64,000 bases of DNA from Octopus sinensis (taxonomy: Eukaryota): the NCBI RefSeq assembly GCF_006345805.1, contig NC_042998.1:61566001-61630000 (forward strand). Direction: 5' to 3'. Shown here piece by piece: positions 62,993 to 64,000 of the stretch. The notes beneath the pieces were generated by a model, which was not told the DNA's origin, did no database searches, and saw only the letters and a list, made by a program, of their open reading frames with translations. The first letter of the stretch is position 1; every line of letters begins with the position of its first letter. A program made the position numbers and the translations under genes.

Positions 62993-63646
62993 TATTGTGG
63001 TGGCAGAACACTTCAGACTCTATTCACGTCCATTAATTTCATCAGTTTGGTTCTGCGTGTCACCTTTGTGTTATAATTCCATTCACATCTCGGATGCTTC
63101 ATATGAATATTACATCAATGTAAATGCTTAACTAGTACTTAAATTTTGTAGACTCTGGAATGAGGAAATGTGAAGCTGAGCTTGGCATGATTTGAACTCA
63201 GAATGAAAAGTAGAAGGTTGGCTTGCATGACTATATAGCAATTCCAAATAATGCCAATCTCCAATAAGTGATCTGTGCATGTGTGTGCATGCAAGTGTAC
63301 ATATGTGTGCGTATCTGCTGAAAATCCAACTGAATATATGTCTTGCATTCAAAGACCAGCTAAAGAGTGAAGAATTTGGGATGGGAGTGGGTTACTACAA
63401 ATAATGGGGACATCAAAGAAATGCTAACTGTTCAATTGTTTGAGAAATAAAATCAACTTCATTTTATGTCCATAACGCCAAGTTTGTATATGTTCGATGG
63501 GTCGTCTCCATGTTTTTGTTTTCATGGAATATTGCATATGAACATCAATGCATACATAGCTGTAACATTTTGTTTATGACCATCACACAGTGTCAAGACA
63601 AACAGACATTAACAAACATGCACACGCATGCACATACACACATGCA

Positions 63647-63677
<31 letters not shown>

Positions 63678-64000
63678 CCACACTCACACATATACATAAA
63701 AACATGGTACCAAAAATGCCATTTGAACACCTTCTTCTACAATTATGCTAACTTCTCCAGCTTAAATCAGAAACTGGTTTATTTCTTTCAGTTACAAATA
63801 AGAGAAACACCTTCTACTTACCAACTTAGCTTTATTCAGACTGGATTACAAAATATATCTTACGCCATGTAGAATTTCACTTTTATGACCACAGCTGATA
63901 TTAATATGAACACCAACACCGAAACCACTGCAATCAGTACTATAACACCTGTAAGTTATTTAAGACGACGTAAGTACTCTTCTCACCTCACTTGGTCTTT

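Overview
Eukaryotic, repeat-dense animal genomic DNA. The SINE/LINE families look like those of octopus (coleoid cephalopod); this is inferred from recognition, not from a search. Most of the window is microsatellites, tRNA-derived SINEs, decayed LINEs (two tandem Tx1/L1-clade copies, several RTE, Dong/R4 and CR1-like pieces) and Tc1/mariner/hAT relics. One host gene model is visible on the + strand. It has two exons encoding a Ly6/uPAR three-finger domain (766-889, 2451-2634), which carry apparent lesions, and two clean exons encoding an SVWC (single von Willebrand C)-like domain (39364-39472, 39937-40093). The splice phases are compatible with a Ly6-SVWC fusion across a 36.7-kb intron. The most striking hidden layer is at least seven minimal type-I hammerhead ribozyme motifs in apparently unrelated sequence contexts: four with intact cores and at least three degenerate. 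Several lie in fold-back palindromes typical of Penelope-like elements or retrozymes. One lies about 7 nt from a 9-bp motif (CACCGGTTT) at which both Tx1 LINE copies end, which suggests a site-specific LINE targeting a ribozyme-bearing element. All structures were read by eye; element boundaries are approximate.
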